32,000 bases of DNA from an uncultured archaeon (GTDB taxonomy: Archaea; Asgardarchaeota; Thorarchaeia; Thorarchaeales; CAZPUN01): positions 1 through 32,000 of the forward strand of contig CAZPUN010000039.1 of the NCBI GenBank assembly GCA_964589775.1, read 5' to 3'. A program made the position numbers and the translations under genes. Shown here piece by piece: positions 9,209-18,152 of the stretch. The notes beneath the pieces were generated by a model. The model was given only the letters and a program-made list of their open reading frames with translations. It made no database searches and was not told where the DNA came from. Every line of letters starts with the position of its first letter. Position 1 is the stretch's first letter.

Positions 9209-9675
9209 ATGAAGATCTGGGTTACTACAATTGGTACGACAATTTTCGCAGTTATCAATACACTATGGACACAACTAGACAAAAAGCAATTCATTCCAAA
9301 CGCGATATATATTATATATAATGAGGAAATGCAAAACAGAATGAATATTGCAAAACAGATAATTGATACACTTAACGAAACATACAATATTGATATCGAG
9401 ACGAAACCAGTAAAATATAGTGGCACAGCATAGAAGCATTTTCAAGAACAGTAGAAAAAATATTATTAAAACATAAAAATGACGAGATAGCATTAGATGT
9501 GACAGCAGGACGAAAATACATGTCTGCATTATTTTTCAAAATCGGTTTCGAGCGGGATAACATAAAGCATGTTTTCTATACACACATATTGGACAATAAA
9601 TACATAGAAAAGCCGCTTCCAATTATTCCACAACCATATTATAAAGTAATTGACCTAAAAGGAGTTAGTTTTTAA
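9209..9675 (+). pseudogene. Frameshifted CARF-only protein (Crn1/Csx14-like), about 155 aa if repaired
   Basis: Frame 2 (9209-9433) gives CARF motif I KIWVTTIGTT. Frame 1 is open 9421-9675 and reads SIEAFSRTVEKILLKHKNDEIALDVTAGRKYMSALF...VIDLKGVSF*, containing CARF motif II D-x-T-x-G-R-K. One base is missing between 9421 and 9430. Confidence 0.82.
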
Positions 9676-10685
9676 TGAATGTAAAATTAAATAAAGAAGA
9701 ATTAATGGCTCTTATCACCTATATTTACGATAAAACCGATGAGATATTGATTGAATCTCCGTTTACACCAACATTGGCAGACATAAAATTCGGTAAAGAA
9801 ATTAAGCTTAAATTCTTTTTAGAAGATTATGAACGGAGTGTTGAATCCGGAGAAGAGAAAAAATTCTTACCAAGCAGAGATGAACTCACGTATCTATTTT
9901 CATTGGCAGGTATTTTTAAAATTAAGAATATACAAGATATGTATACACAAATAGATGAGTTCAACAGAAGAGATGTCTTCAGGGGTCAAAGAATTGGATT
10001 AATCTCATTTGATACAAATGCGTTTCCACTTAATGTACCGAAATTAGTTTATGAATACATGACATCTAAAAGGCTAAGAAATATTGGTATCTTTATTCCG
10101 AAACCAGTGATAATCGAATTAGAAAGACAATGGATTGAAAGTAGATATAAAATCAGCAAGAAATCAAAGATCAAAGATCAAAAATTTTTGAAGACGTTTT
10201 TAAATCAACTACATCCAAATGCAAGAACGTTTAAATTATGTAGCATTTATGCGCAAAAGCTCGCAAATCAATTTCAAGTATATGCAAGTTCATCATCAGT
10301 ATCTGAGACGGGAGACATAAATATAATAAAAGACATTGAGAAAAACCACCAATATGACCATTTATTAATTACAGAGGATAGTAACATGGAAGGGCTTGCA
10401 TATCAACATAGAATTCAGGTAATTAAAATAGACGGAAATCGTGGAAAAAATTTGAAAAAATTAAGAACACGCACATTAGAAATTTCATGGGAAGTATTAC
10501 GGGATTTCATTTATGTGCTTTCGATCTATATGGGCAAAATAAAGATTTCAAACTTTGAAGTTTCAGGGTTATGGAACGGTAAAGAGGAAAAAGATTGGAA
10601 AAATGAAATAGTTAAAATTTCAACAAAGATAAATCTACCCAAAATCAAAACACTTCAAAAGATTCAGACTATATATGAATATTAA
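9675..10685 (+). CDS. PIN-domain ribonuclease with extra N- and C-terminal regions; candidate type III ancillary effector
   Basis: PIN acidic set SFD113TN, VIIE148LE, GD214INI, LIT233ED235. Start overlaps the CARF stop (TAATG). Confidence 0.85.
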   Translation: MNVKLNKEELMALITYIYDKTDEILIESPFTPTLADIKFGKEIKLKFFLEDYERSVESGEEKKFLPSRDELTYLFSLAGIFKIKNIQDMYTQIDEFNRRDVFRGQRIGLISFDTNAFPLNVPKLVYEYMTSKRLRNIGIFIPKPVIIELERQWIESRYKISKKSKIKDQKFLKTFLNQLHPNARTFKLCSIYAQKLANQFQVYASSSSVSETGDINIIKDIEKNHQYDHLLITEDSNMEGLAYQHRIQVIKIDGNRGKNLKKLRTRTLEISWEVLRDFIYVLSIYMGKIKISNFEVSGLWNGKEEKDWKNEIVKISTKINLPKIKTLQKIQTIYEY

Positions 10686-10895
10686 AAAATTCCAGGATCA
10701 TGCATAAATTATCTGCACAAAGGAATACACAACTCAAGAAACGCCATTTATCAATCTAATTGAAAAAACAAATGCAACTTACCTCTTGACATTTATTATT
10801 CATTTTGCCTTTTTTAATATAAAATGATAGTTAATTCAGAACTGAATTTTGCAGATTAATAAGATGTATCTACATAAATTAAGCCAACATCTTCC

Positions 10896-10911
10896 AAGAA
10901 AGATTTAAATA
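10896..10911 (+). promoter_or_regulatory. Candidate archaeal BRE-TATA promoter of the cmr operon
   Basis: Purine run AAGAAAGA followed by TTTAAATA (10904-10911), about 95 nt upstream of cmr1. AT-rich context weakens the call. Confidence 0.45.
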
Positions 10912-11005
10912 TAGAAAAAAATATACTATTATAAAATCCTACAAGAGGTGGGGAGTAGGACAGAAGATGCTATAAGAAATCAACGATGATGGAGGATTTT
11001 TATTA

Positions 11006-11854
11006 TTGAATATGACAACATACAATTGTGAATTTATATCTCCTGCCTTCATATATGGGGCAAATAAGGAACCGGAGTTTCGCATACCGTCTCTAAAGGG
11101 CATAATAAGATATTGGTGGAGAGCAGCAAAGGTACTACCGACTCAAGAACTACGTGAAGAAGAAAGTAAGCTGTTTGGCTCAAGCAGCAATAAGTACGGA
11201 AAATCACAACTCATAATGCAGGTAATAAAAGATCAGACGGCTCCGAAAAACACCGCATTATTACCACACAAAAACAAAGTACAAAGAAAAGCTCTGATTG
11301 GCTCAGTTAAAATTGCATTACTTTCTAAAGACTATATCAGGATTTTTGAAAACACCTTTGAACTTGCGATAACTCTAGGCGGAATTGGTCGACGTACTCG
11401 ACGAGGATTTGGTAGTATGAATATCATTAAGAAGAACAATGATAATTATGAATATCATGATATCAATGATCTTTTTGACAGATTATTTAAGCTACTATTG
11501 ACATTCAACAACAATTTTACTAAAATAGATGAAAAGACTATTGTGTACAACGATAATTCAGACAACGATACAAAAGCGAATTATCCATACATCAAAGCAG
11601 TATATATCGGAGAGTCATATGAAAAAGTGAATGATGCATTAATAAAAATCGGCAAAATAGCACATAATTTTAGCGATTACGATTCATTAGGATATGCAAA
11701 AGGAGAACATCGTCTTGCATCTCCAGTTGTTGTTTCAATATCAAAAGTAAAAAACGAATTTTATCTGATCATTACAAAACTTAACACACCAGATAATATA
11801 AATGATTTAGATTGTCAAGACGAATTTATAAAAAAACTTGGGGGGTCAAAATAA
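11006..11854 (+). CDS. cmr1: Type III-B RAMP Cmr1
   Basis: SPAFIYGA, EFRIPSLKGIIRYWWRA, LFGS, LGGIGRRTRRGFGS, RLASP. GGAGG at 10991; TTG 11006 or ATG 11012 start. Confidence 0.93.
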   Translation: MNMTTYNCEFISPAFIYGANKEPEFRIPSLKGIIRYWWRAAKVLPTQELREEESKLFGSSSNKYGKSQLIMQVIKDQTAPKNTALLPHKNKVQRKALIGSVKIALLSKDYIRIFENTFELAITLGGIGRRTRRGFGSMNIIKKNNDNYEYHDINDLFDRLFKLLLTFNNNFTKIDEKTIVYNDNSDNDTKANYPYIKAVYIGESYEKVNDALIKIGKIAHNFSDYDSLGYAKGEHRLASPVVVSISKVKNEFYLIITKLNTPDNINDLDCQDEFIKKLGGSK

Positions 11855-11855
11855 A

Positions 11856-13622
11856 ATGACATATATATTTGTATTTACATTTGGTCCTGTACAATCATTT
11901 ATTTCTCAAGCGAGAAAATCTTTTGATTTATATGCAGGAAGTTCTTTACTATCTACATTATCTAAAATTGTTATGGAAAAAGCGAAACAAACTAAAGAAT
12001 GTAAAATCTTGTTCCCGAATATAGATAATGATACCCCACCGAATAGATTTCTTGCGAATTTAGAGTTCAACAATGATTCGGACGTTGAACAGTTCGGAAA
12101 TGAACTAATAGACCATTTAAAGGAGAATTTCATTACGATATTTGAAGAAGTCCATGAAAGAGTAGTTGGCGAGAGTCCTACAGATTCAGCAATATATCAA
12201 ATAAAGAACTTCTTAGAAGTGTATTGGGCAGCATTAAAAGTAGATAAAGAAATCACGAAGGACAAATATAATGAATTGGAGAAAAATCTTGGGAGCATTA
12301 AAAACATCAAGCAATTCAAGGAATTTTCACCAAATAATGACAAAGGATATCAAAAATGTACACAATGTGGGGTTCGAGATGCCTTATTTTATATAAAAGA
12401 ACCAAAATATGTAGCAAAAGATGCAATTGAAATTGATTTAGGCAAAAATTCACCATCCATGAAAGAAAATGAGACATTATGCAGCGTGTGCTTCATGAAG
12501 AGATTCTTATTTAGGTCTCCCACATTTAGGTCCTATAACACAAATAAGAGTAGTAGCTATCCATCAACAGCTGAAATTGCACAATTTAACATATTGAATG
12601 ATAATAGTATAGAGAATCTTAAGACTGTAAGAGACCTAAAGACTCATATAACAAATCTGAAAAGCTTATCACCTGTCAAATATGATCCACAACTCCTTTT
12701 TGAAGATACATTCAATGTAGAAAAAGAAAGAGTGTTCGGTAAAAATGTAGCAAATGCGGAGCAAATTTTCAAATTAATAAAGAATGATCTTGCAGAACTA
12801 AGAAAACAAAATATAAAACAAACACCATATTACGGTATCATCGCTTTTGATGGAGATAACATGGGTAAATGGGTGGCCGGAGAATATCTTACTGAAAATG
12901 TAAATATTAGTACGTATCATAATGAACTAACAACAGAACTAGGCAATTTTGCAAATGAGATTCAAAATTATTACGAGCCACCAAAAGGAAAATTAGTATA
13001 TTGTGGCGGTGATGATGTCTTAGGATACATTAATATTAATTATATTTTTGATGTATTACATAATCTGAGAAATTCATATCCTGACTTCAGATCAATACAA
13101 GGAGTTGATAAAACTAAAGAATCGACTGCTTCCTGTGGTGTTTGTATTGCGCACTATAAACAACCATTATCAGAAGTACTAACATGGGCTAGAAAAGCAG
13201 AAAAAATTGCAAAAGGTAATAAAGAAAAAGATAGTGTATGCTTTGTGATCCTAAAACGCTCAGGGGATACTGAAAAATTCGTCGTGAAATGGGATAAGAA
13301 TACCAAAGTTCTCGATGATCTAAAATACATAATCCAAAAAATAAAAGATAACACATTTTCAAACTCGACAATTTCAAACATTAGCACAGTCATACTTGAT
13401 TTATTCGATATAACTGATGATTTGGATAAACAATATAGAAACAAGATCAAAGTACTCGTTGAACAATGTGCAAAAAGAGGCTATCAAGGTAATGATAACG
13501 AAGAAGTTAAGAACTTCTCGGAGAAAATTATGTCATTTTGGGATGCTTTTGATAAAATACAAGAATTCATCTCATTTTTGAATTTCATCCAATTTATAAA
13601 TAGGGAGGCATACATCAAATGA
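11856..13622 (+). CDS. cmr2: Type III-B Cas10/Cmr2 lacking the HD domain, cyclase motif intact
   Basis: Starts directly with FGPVQSFISQARKSFDLYAGS; PNRF, CTQC...CSVC zinc finger, FDGDNMG, YCGGDD, KRSG. ATG 11856 (ORF track starts at 11838). Confidence 0.95.
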   Translation: MTYIFVFTFGPVQSFISQARKSFDLYAGSSLLSTLSKIVMEKAKQTKECKILFPNIDNDTPPNRFLANLEFNNDSDVEQFGNELIDHLKENFITIFEEVHERVVGESPTDSAIYQIKNFLEVYWAALKVDKEITKDKYNELEKNLGSIKNIKQFKEFSPNNDKGYQKCTQCGVRDALFYIKEPKYVAKDAIEIDLGKNSPSMKENETLCSVCFMKRFLFRSPTFRSYNTNKSSSYPSTAEIAQFNILNDNSIENLKTVRDLKTHITNLKSLSPVKYDPQLLFEDTFNVEKERVFGKNVANAEQIFKLIKNDLAELRKQNIKQTPYYGIIAFDGDNMGKWVAGEYLTENVNISTYHNELTTELGNFANEIQNYYEPPKGKLVYCGGDDVLGYININYIFDVLHNLRNSYPDFRSIQGVDKTKESTASCGVCIAHYKQPLSEVLTWARKAEKIAKGNKEKDSVCFVILKRSGDTEKFVVKWDKNTKVLDDLKYIIQKIKDNTFSNSTISNISTVILDLFDITDDLDKQYRNKIKVLVEQCAKRGYQGNDNEEVKNFSEKIMSFWDAFDKIQEFISFLNFIQFINREAYIK

Positions 13623-14743
13623 GCCTAAAATTGATAAAGATAAATCCATTGGACCCGATACTATTTAGGGATGGCAAACCGTTCAATCAAGATAATCTAG
13701 TGGCTACAAGTATATTTCCACCACTACCTTCAGTATATTATGGTGCAATCAGAGCAATTTATTTCTCAACCTATCCAAAAAAACTTGAAAAAGCTAATAC
13801 ACCAGATGATCCAACGCGCTCAATTAAGATTAAAAAAGTCTATGTAAAGACGAAATATATTGAACGCAACAAGAAAAATGGAAAATACAAAGACTTACTA
13901 TTACTACCATTACCAAAGGATTGTGTTGTAGAGAAATCTATCAAAAAGAGTATAGAACGTACTGGTAAAAAAACAGGTAAGGTACAGAGACTAAGATTAA
14001 AAGAGATAGATTTTCCAAGTTCGAATCCTACGAAATATATTTTAACGCCTCCAGAAAACATGAAAGTTGAATCATTATCCAATGGTTATTTTAGTGTAGA
14101 TGATCTACATAAATATCTTACTTCAAATGATACCTTTGACTTTTATACAGACGATATCTTTAAAATTCAAGAAGGAAAAATTGGAATTAGTATCGACAGA
14201 AATACCGGAATTGTCAAAGAAGGCCAATTGTATAAACTTACTTTTAATAGATTCATAAATGATACAGAGATCCACATAGTTTTCTCCGATGATGGTCTTG
14301 ATTTTCCACAACATGGTCTAATGAAATTAGGCGGAGAATCAAAAGTCTCAGAATATTCAATTGAAGAGTTTAGCGAAGAAAAAATTGAACTAAATACAAA
14401 GGAACTAAAGAGATTCAAAGTATATCTTTCAACACCTGCGATTTTTAAAAATGGATGGCTACCTTCCGGCATCGATGAGAATACTTTGGAGGGCACAATA
14501 AAAGGTATCAAAGTAAAATTATTGACTGCAGCAATAGGGCGTCCAATTATGGCGGGGGGATTCGATATGAAGAAAAGAGAACCCAAGCCGACTTATTGGG
14601 CAGTCCCTCATGGAAGCGTTTACTATTTTGAATGCTTAGAAAAATGTGATCCTAAAGAAATAATTCAGAAGATACAAGAGGAATCAATTTCTGAAATCAA
14701 TCCCGAGCAAGGATTTGGCATCGCATACGTAGGAGGAGTTTAG
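13619..14743 (+). CDS. cmr3: Type III-B Cmr3 (Cas5 group)
   Basis: PLDPILFRDGKPF, PPLPSVYYGAIR, KIGISID, LGGESK, TPAIFKNGW, AVPHGSVYYF, GFG. Confidence 0.95.
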   Translation: MSLKLIKINPLDPILFRDGKPFNQDNLVATSIFPPLPSVYYGAIRAIYFSTYPKKLEKANTPDDPTRSIKIKKVYVKTKYIERNKKNGKYKDLLLLPLPKDCVVEKSIKKSIERTGKKTGKVQRLRLKEIDFPSSNPTKYILTPPENMKVESLSNGYFSVDDLHKYLTSNDTFDFYTDDIFKIQEGKIGISIDRNTGIVKEGQLYKLTFNRFINDTEIHIVFSDDGLDFPQHGLMKLGGESKVSEYSIEEFSEEKIELNTKELKRFKVYLSTPAIFKNGWLPSGIDENTLEGTIKGIKVKLLTAAIGRPIMAGGFDMKKREPKPTYWAVPHGSVYYFECLEKCDPKEIIQKIQEESISEINPEQGFGIAYVGGV

Positions 14744-14744
14744 T

Positions 14745-15146
14745 TTGAAATTATTTCAGAGTTTATCACATGAATTGACACAAAAACAAATCAATGATAC
14801 AAAAAGTTCATCAAATGTACAATTGCGTATTCAGCCTTCTGAGAATCTTAAGAAAATTTGGAGAGAAATTCCACCAAATAAAGCGGAAATTACAGGAACA
14901 CTTAAGCCGATTACAGACTGGCTTTGCAAAAACGCTACAAGCGAAAATTATACACTCAATCAAGGGGATTATAGTGCTACATATATCTACGTAGATTTCG
15001 CAAACAAAATTGGATCTATCCCACTCTACGCAACAACTGATGAGTATGAAATTAAAGAAAAACAATTTGACGAAACTAAAAAAATGATAAGAAAATCCAA
15101 GTATGTTATGTTTAGAAAATACAAAACAGAAAATTATGATCGTTAA
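14745..15146 (+). CDS. csx20: Csx20-like CRISPR-associated protein (putative cOA ring nuclease), divergent
   Basis: Motif series SHELT..Q..D, IW..IPP, LKPI.DWL, QGDYSAT, PLYATT, FRKY matches my recollection of the Csx20 family; lies within the cmr operon. Confidence 0.75.
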   Translation: MKLFQSLSHELTQKQINDTKSSSNVQLRIQPSENLKKIWREIPPNKAEITGTLKPITDWLCKNATSENYTLNQGDYSATYIYVDFANKIGSIPLYATTDEYEIKEKQFDETKKMIRKSKYVMFRKYKTENYDR

Positions 15147-15167
15147 ATGGTTTAGGAGGATAAGTAC

Positions 15168-16031
15168 ATGTATGATAAATCACAACTAATGTTTATTATT
15201 GTCGAAACACCACTTCATGTGGGTACCGGCAGAGAATTTGGTATCATAGACATGCCAATTCAAAGAGAAAAACATACAAACTTTCCAAAGATCGAGGGAT
15301 CTACCATAAAGGGAGTCCTCAGAGCACATTTCGAAGTCAATAACAAACCGGACTGGGAGGAACTTTTTGGAAAGAGCGATAAGAGCGGATTACTAACATT
15401 TTCAGATGCACGTATATTACTATTTCCAGTGAAGTCTATGAAGGGACTCTTCGCATGGGTAACATCACCTTTTGTGTTACAAAGATTCTTCAAAGATGCA
15501 AAATTATCTAATATAGACGATTTTCAACCATTTGTAAATGCCAATTTAGAAGGCACAGTGCCATCAGGTTCAAACAATATAATAGATTCTAAGAAGGTAA
15601 TCCTTGAAGAATTTACATTCGAAGTAAAGGAAAATGAGAATACCAAAAAGTTAGCAAAATTACTCGCGAAGAAAATATTTCCAAATGATAAATATGCAAA
15701 AGAAAAACTCGAGAAGAATCTTGTAATTCTAAGTGATGACGACTTTCGAGATTTTGTAACAATGTCCACTGAAGTCACAACAAGAATCAGAATAGATCCA
15801 AAAACGAATACTGTCGAAAGCGGCGGACTATTCACTGAAGAACAACTGCCTACTGAATCTGTATTATATACATTAATTGTGGAGATACGCATTAAAAATT
15901 CAAATATTGACGACCCCATTGGAGAATTCAATAAACACAAACCAGATATCATGCAGATGGGAGGCAACAATACACTAGGCAAAGGATTCGTTAGACTAAC
16001 CTTAGTTAAAGGTGGTACAAATGGGAAATAA
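15168..16031 (+). CDS. cmr4: Type III-B Cmr4 (Cas7 backbone RNase)
   Basis: TPLHVGTG...IIDMPIQRE (catalytic Asp), FSDARILLFPVKS, GGLFTEE.LP.ES, QMGGNNTLGKG. Confidence 0.96.
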   Translation: MYDKSQLMFIIVETPLHVGTGREFGIIDMPIQREKHTNFPKIEGSTIKGVLRAHFEVNNKPDWEELFGKSDKSGLLTFSDARILLFPVKSMKGLFAWVTSPFVLQRFFKDAKLSNIDDFQPFVNANLEGTVPSGSNNIIDSKKVILEEFTFEVKENENTKKLAKLLAKKIFPNDKYAKEKLEKNLVILSDDDFRDFVTMSTEVTTRIRIDPKTNTVESGGLFTEEQLPTESVLYTLIVEIRIKNSNIDDPIGEFNKHKPDIMQMGGNNTLGKGFVRLTLVKGGTNGK

Positions 16032-16428
16032 TACACGTAGATATGATATGGAACGAGAGCGAGCCAAATTTGCGTATGAATGTGTATCAAAAATTGCATC
16101 GGAACCATATTCAGGAAATTACAAGTCATATGTTAGAAACTTACCAGTTATGATTAAGTCAAATGGTCTTGGTGCAGCACTTGCCTTCGTATTTGCAAAG
16201 AAAAATGGAGATAAAAATATTGCTCTAGCATACAATACATTATACAGCCATCTAAGCGATTGGTTGTACAAAAAGAAAATAATCAAAAATTCTGATGCAT
16301 TGATGAAGGAAATTGTAAACATGGATACGATACAGTACAAGCGAACAACCATAGAAGTACTGAACTTCCTAATATGGCTAAAGAAATTTTCAGAGGGATT
16401 GATAGAGAAAAAAGCCACGGAGCAATAA
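16021..16428 (+). CDS. cmr5: Type III-B Cmr5 (Cas11 small subunit)
   Basis: ERAKFAY, YKSYVRNLPVMIKSNGLGAALAF, WLKKFSEG. Confidence 0.95.
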   Translation: MGNNTRRYDMERERAKFAYECVSKIASEPYSGNYKSYVRNLPVMIKSNGLGAALAFVFAKKNGDKNIALAYNTLYSHLSDWLYKKKIIKNSDALMKEIVNMDTIQYKRTTIEVLNFLIWLKKFSEGLIEKKATEQ

Positions 16429-16430
16429 AA

Positions 16431-17180
16431 ATGGAAAACACAAATATTATACGATACATTCCAAAGGATACACAAGAAATTATCAGAAGAAATATGAACA
16501 TATGTGACAATCCATACTTATATTATCATAAGATCGGTAAAAACATTACAAATCTTGAAATTCCGGCTTTAAGCATGCGATTAATCGATCACATTAGAAA
16601 TGCAGCAAAAACATACAAGAAATATGAAGAGATAGAACTAAAACAAAAAGGCAAAATGGTTGTTGGATTAGGCGAAGAATCTTTCTACGAAACTTCAATT
16701 ACACTACACTATATTTATGGAATTCCATATATACCTGCATCTGCAATAAAAGGCGTAGTTCGCCATTGGATGATTTCAAAGATATTTAATTCAGATGAAC
16801 AAGAGGCTGAAAAAGATAAAGTATTTCAACAGATCTTTGGAGTATCAGCAGGAGAAGTTAAGAAATCAGGGAATATAACATTCTTCGATGCATTTCCTGT
16901 GAGTATTGATATTAAGTTCGATGTTATGACACCACATTATTCGCAATATTACAATGGAAACGAACTTACGGATACAGAAAATCCAATTCCGATTAAATTT
17001 ATAGTCGTAGAAAATGGCAGATTCATGTTCTATATTTCCACAAATCATATTATTAGTGATAAATCACCAAACTTCAAAGAAAACGATATTTTACAAATTA
17101 CGAAAAAATATCTCATTGAAGCTCTGAAATATAACGGAATTGGAGCAAAGACTGCTGTAGGATACGGGCGTTTTGAATAG
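16431..17180 (+). CDS. cmr6: Type III-B Cmr6
   Basis: MVVGLG..S.YETSITLHYIYGIPYIPASAIKG, FFDAFP, DVMTPHY, PIPIKF, GIGAKTAVGYGRF. ATG 16431 lies just after the cmr5 stop. Confidence 0.95.
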   Translation: MENTNIIRYIPKDTQEIIRRNMNICDNPYLYYHKIGKNITNLEIPALSMRLIDHIRNAAKTYKKYEEIELKQKGKMVVGLGEESFYETSITLHYIYGIPYIPASAIKGVVRHWMISKIFNSDEQEAEKDKVFQQIFGVSAGEVKKSGNITFFDAFPVSIDIKFDVMTPHYSQYYNGNELTDTENPIPIKFIVVENGRFMFYISTNHIISDKSPNFKENDILQITKKYLIEALKYNGIGAKTAVGYGRFE

Positions 17181-17186
17181 CCTAAC

Positions 17187-17205
17187 ATTTTATTTTTTCT
17201 TTCTC
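17187..17205 (+). terminator. Oligo-T archaeal-type terminator after the cmr operon
   Basis: ATTTTATTTTTTCTTTCTC immediately after the cmr6 stop. Confidence 0.5.
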
Positions 17206-17266
17206 ATAACAAATTATAAGTACTTATTTTCCAATTCAATATTACAATATAATTGGAGGCTTCAAT

Positions 17267-18010
17267 ATGAGTTTGGAGAATAGAGTGGTCTTAATTACGG
17301 GTGGTAGTAGAGGAATAGGTCGAGCCACAGCTATTGAGTTTGCAAAAGAGGGCGCAGATGTGGCAATTTTCTATAGACGCTCAAAAGAACTAGCTGAAGA
17401 AACAATAGCAATGGTAGAACAATATAATGTAAAATGCAAAGCCTATAAAGTGGACGTTTCAAATTTCGAGCAAGTCAAGAATGGAATTGAGCAGGTTATA
17501 ACAGATTTTGGAAAATTAGATATATTGGTAAATAATGCGGGCATAATTACAGATTTCATTCCCGTGGAAGATGTCCCACTTGAAGAATGGGACGAAATAA
17601 TGAATGTGAACCTTAAAGGCATGTTCTATTGTACAAAAGTCGCTGTCCCATACCTAAAAGAATCCGGATATGGTTCAATTGTTAATTTATCCTCAGTCGC
17701 CGGAAGAATGGGCGGAAGTGTCGGTGTAGCTTATGCATCTTCTAAAGCAGGAGTCATAGGTTTCACTTTCGCATTGGCACAAGAATTGATCGAACATAAC
17801 ATAACGGTAAATGCAGTAGCACCGGGACCAATTGCAACAGAAATGATTCTAAGATTGCCCAAGGAAACCCAAGATCGCATTCGGAAACGTGTTCCCATGG
17901 GCAGATTAGGAACACCGGAAGAAATCGGAAAAGCAATTGTATTTCTTACGACGAATAGATTCATTACGGGAGAAGTTTTAGATATTAATGGTGGATATTA
18001 TATGGATTGA
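17267..18010 (+). CDS. fabG: Classical SDR oxidoreductase, FabG-like
   Basis: TGGSRGIG, NNAG, catalytic S...YASSK, VAPGPI.T, ITGEVLDINGG. True substrate unknown. Confidence 0.88.
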   Translation: MSLENRVVLITGGSRGIGRATAIEFAKEGADVAIFYRRSKELAEETIAMVEQYNVKCKAYKVDVSNFEQVKNGIEQVITDFGKLDILVNNAGIITDFIPVEDVPLEEWDEIMNVNLKGMFYCTKVAVPYLKESGYGSIVNLSSVAGRMGGSVGVAYASSKAGVIGFTFALAQELIEHNITVNAVAPGPIATEMILRLPKETQDRIRKRVPMGRLGTPEEIGKAIVFLTTNRFITGEVLDINGGYYMD

Positions 18011-18152
18011 TATTTTCTATCAAAAAACACCCCATTTTTATTATTTTTGGAAAGAAAATAACGTTATTTTGATACATATTTAACAAAATTCATGAAAAAA
18101 TTTTTAAGAATGATATTGAAGCATTAAAATAATTATATTAAATAAAATATAG

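Noticed and set aside
9209-9433. Stand-alone 74-aa protein as given in the ORF track
   Set aside because: It is the N-terminal half of a CARF domain that continues in frame 1 to 9675.
9421-9433. Programmed frameshift or TAG (pyrrolysine) read-through
   Set aside because: There is no slippery sequence, and in-frame read-through does not reach the CARF motif, which lies in another frame.
10724-10736. 13-mer AATACACAACTCA shared with intergenic 19966-19978
   Set aside because: A single 13-bp match in AT-rich DNA of this length is compatible with chance, and the flanks do not align.
10686-11005. Mini CRISPR array or MITE between the two operons
   Set aside because: No direct repeat of 20 bp or more was seen. 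The ATCTGCA/TGCAGAT inverted pair is short and has no evident target-site duplication.
17216-17227. Palindrome ATAAGTACTTAT upstream of the SDR gene
   Set aside because: AT-rich, overlaps a probable TATA box and occurs once; not enough to call an operator.
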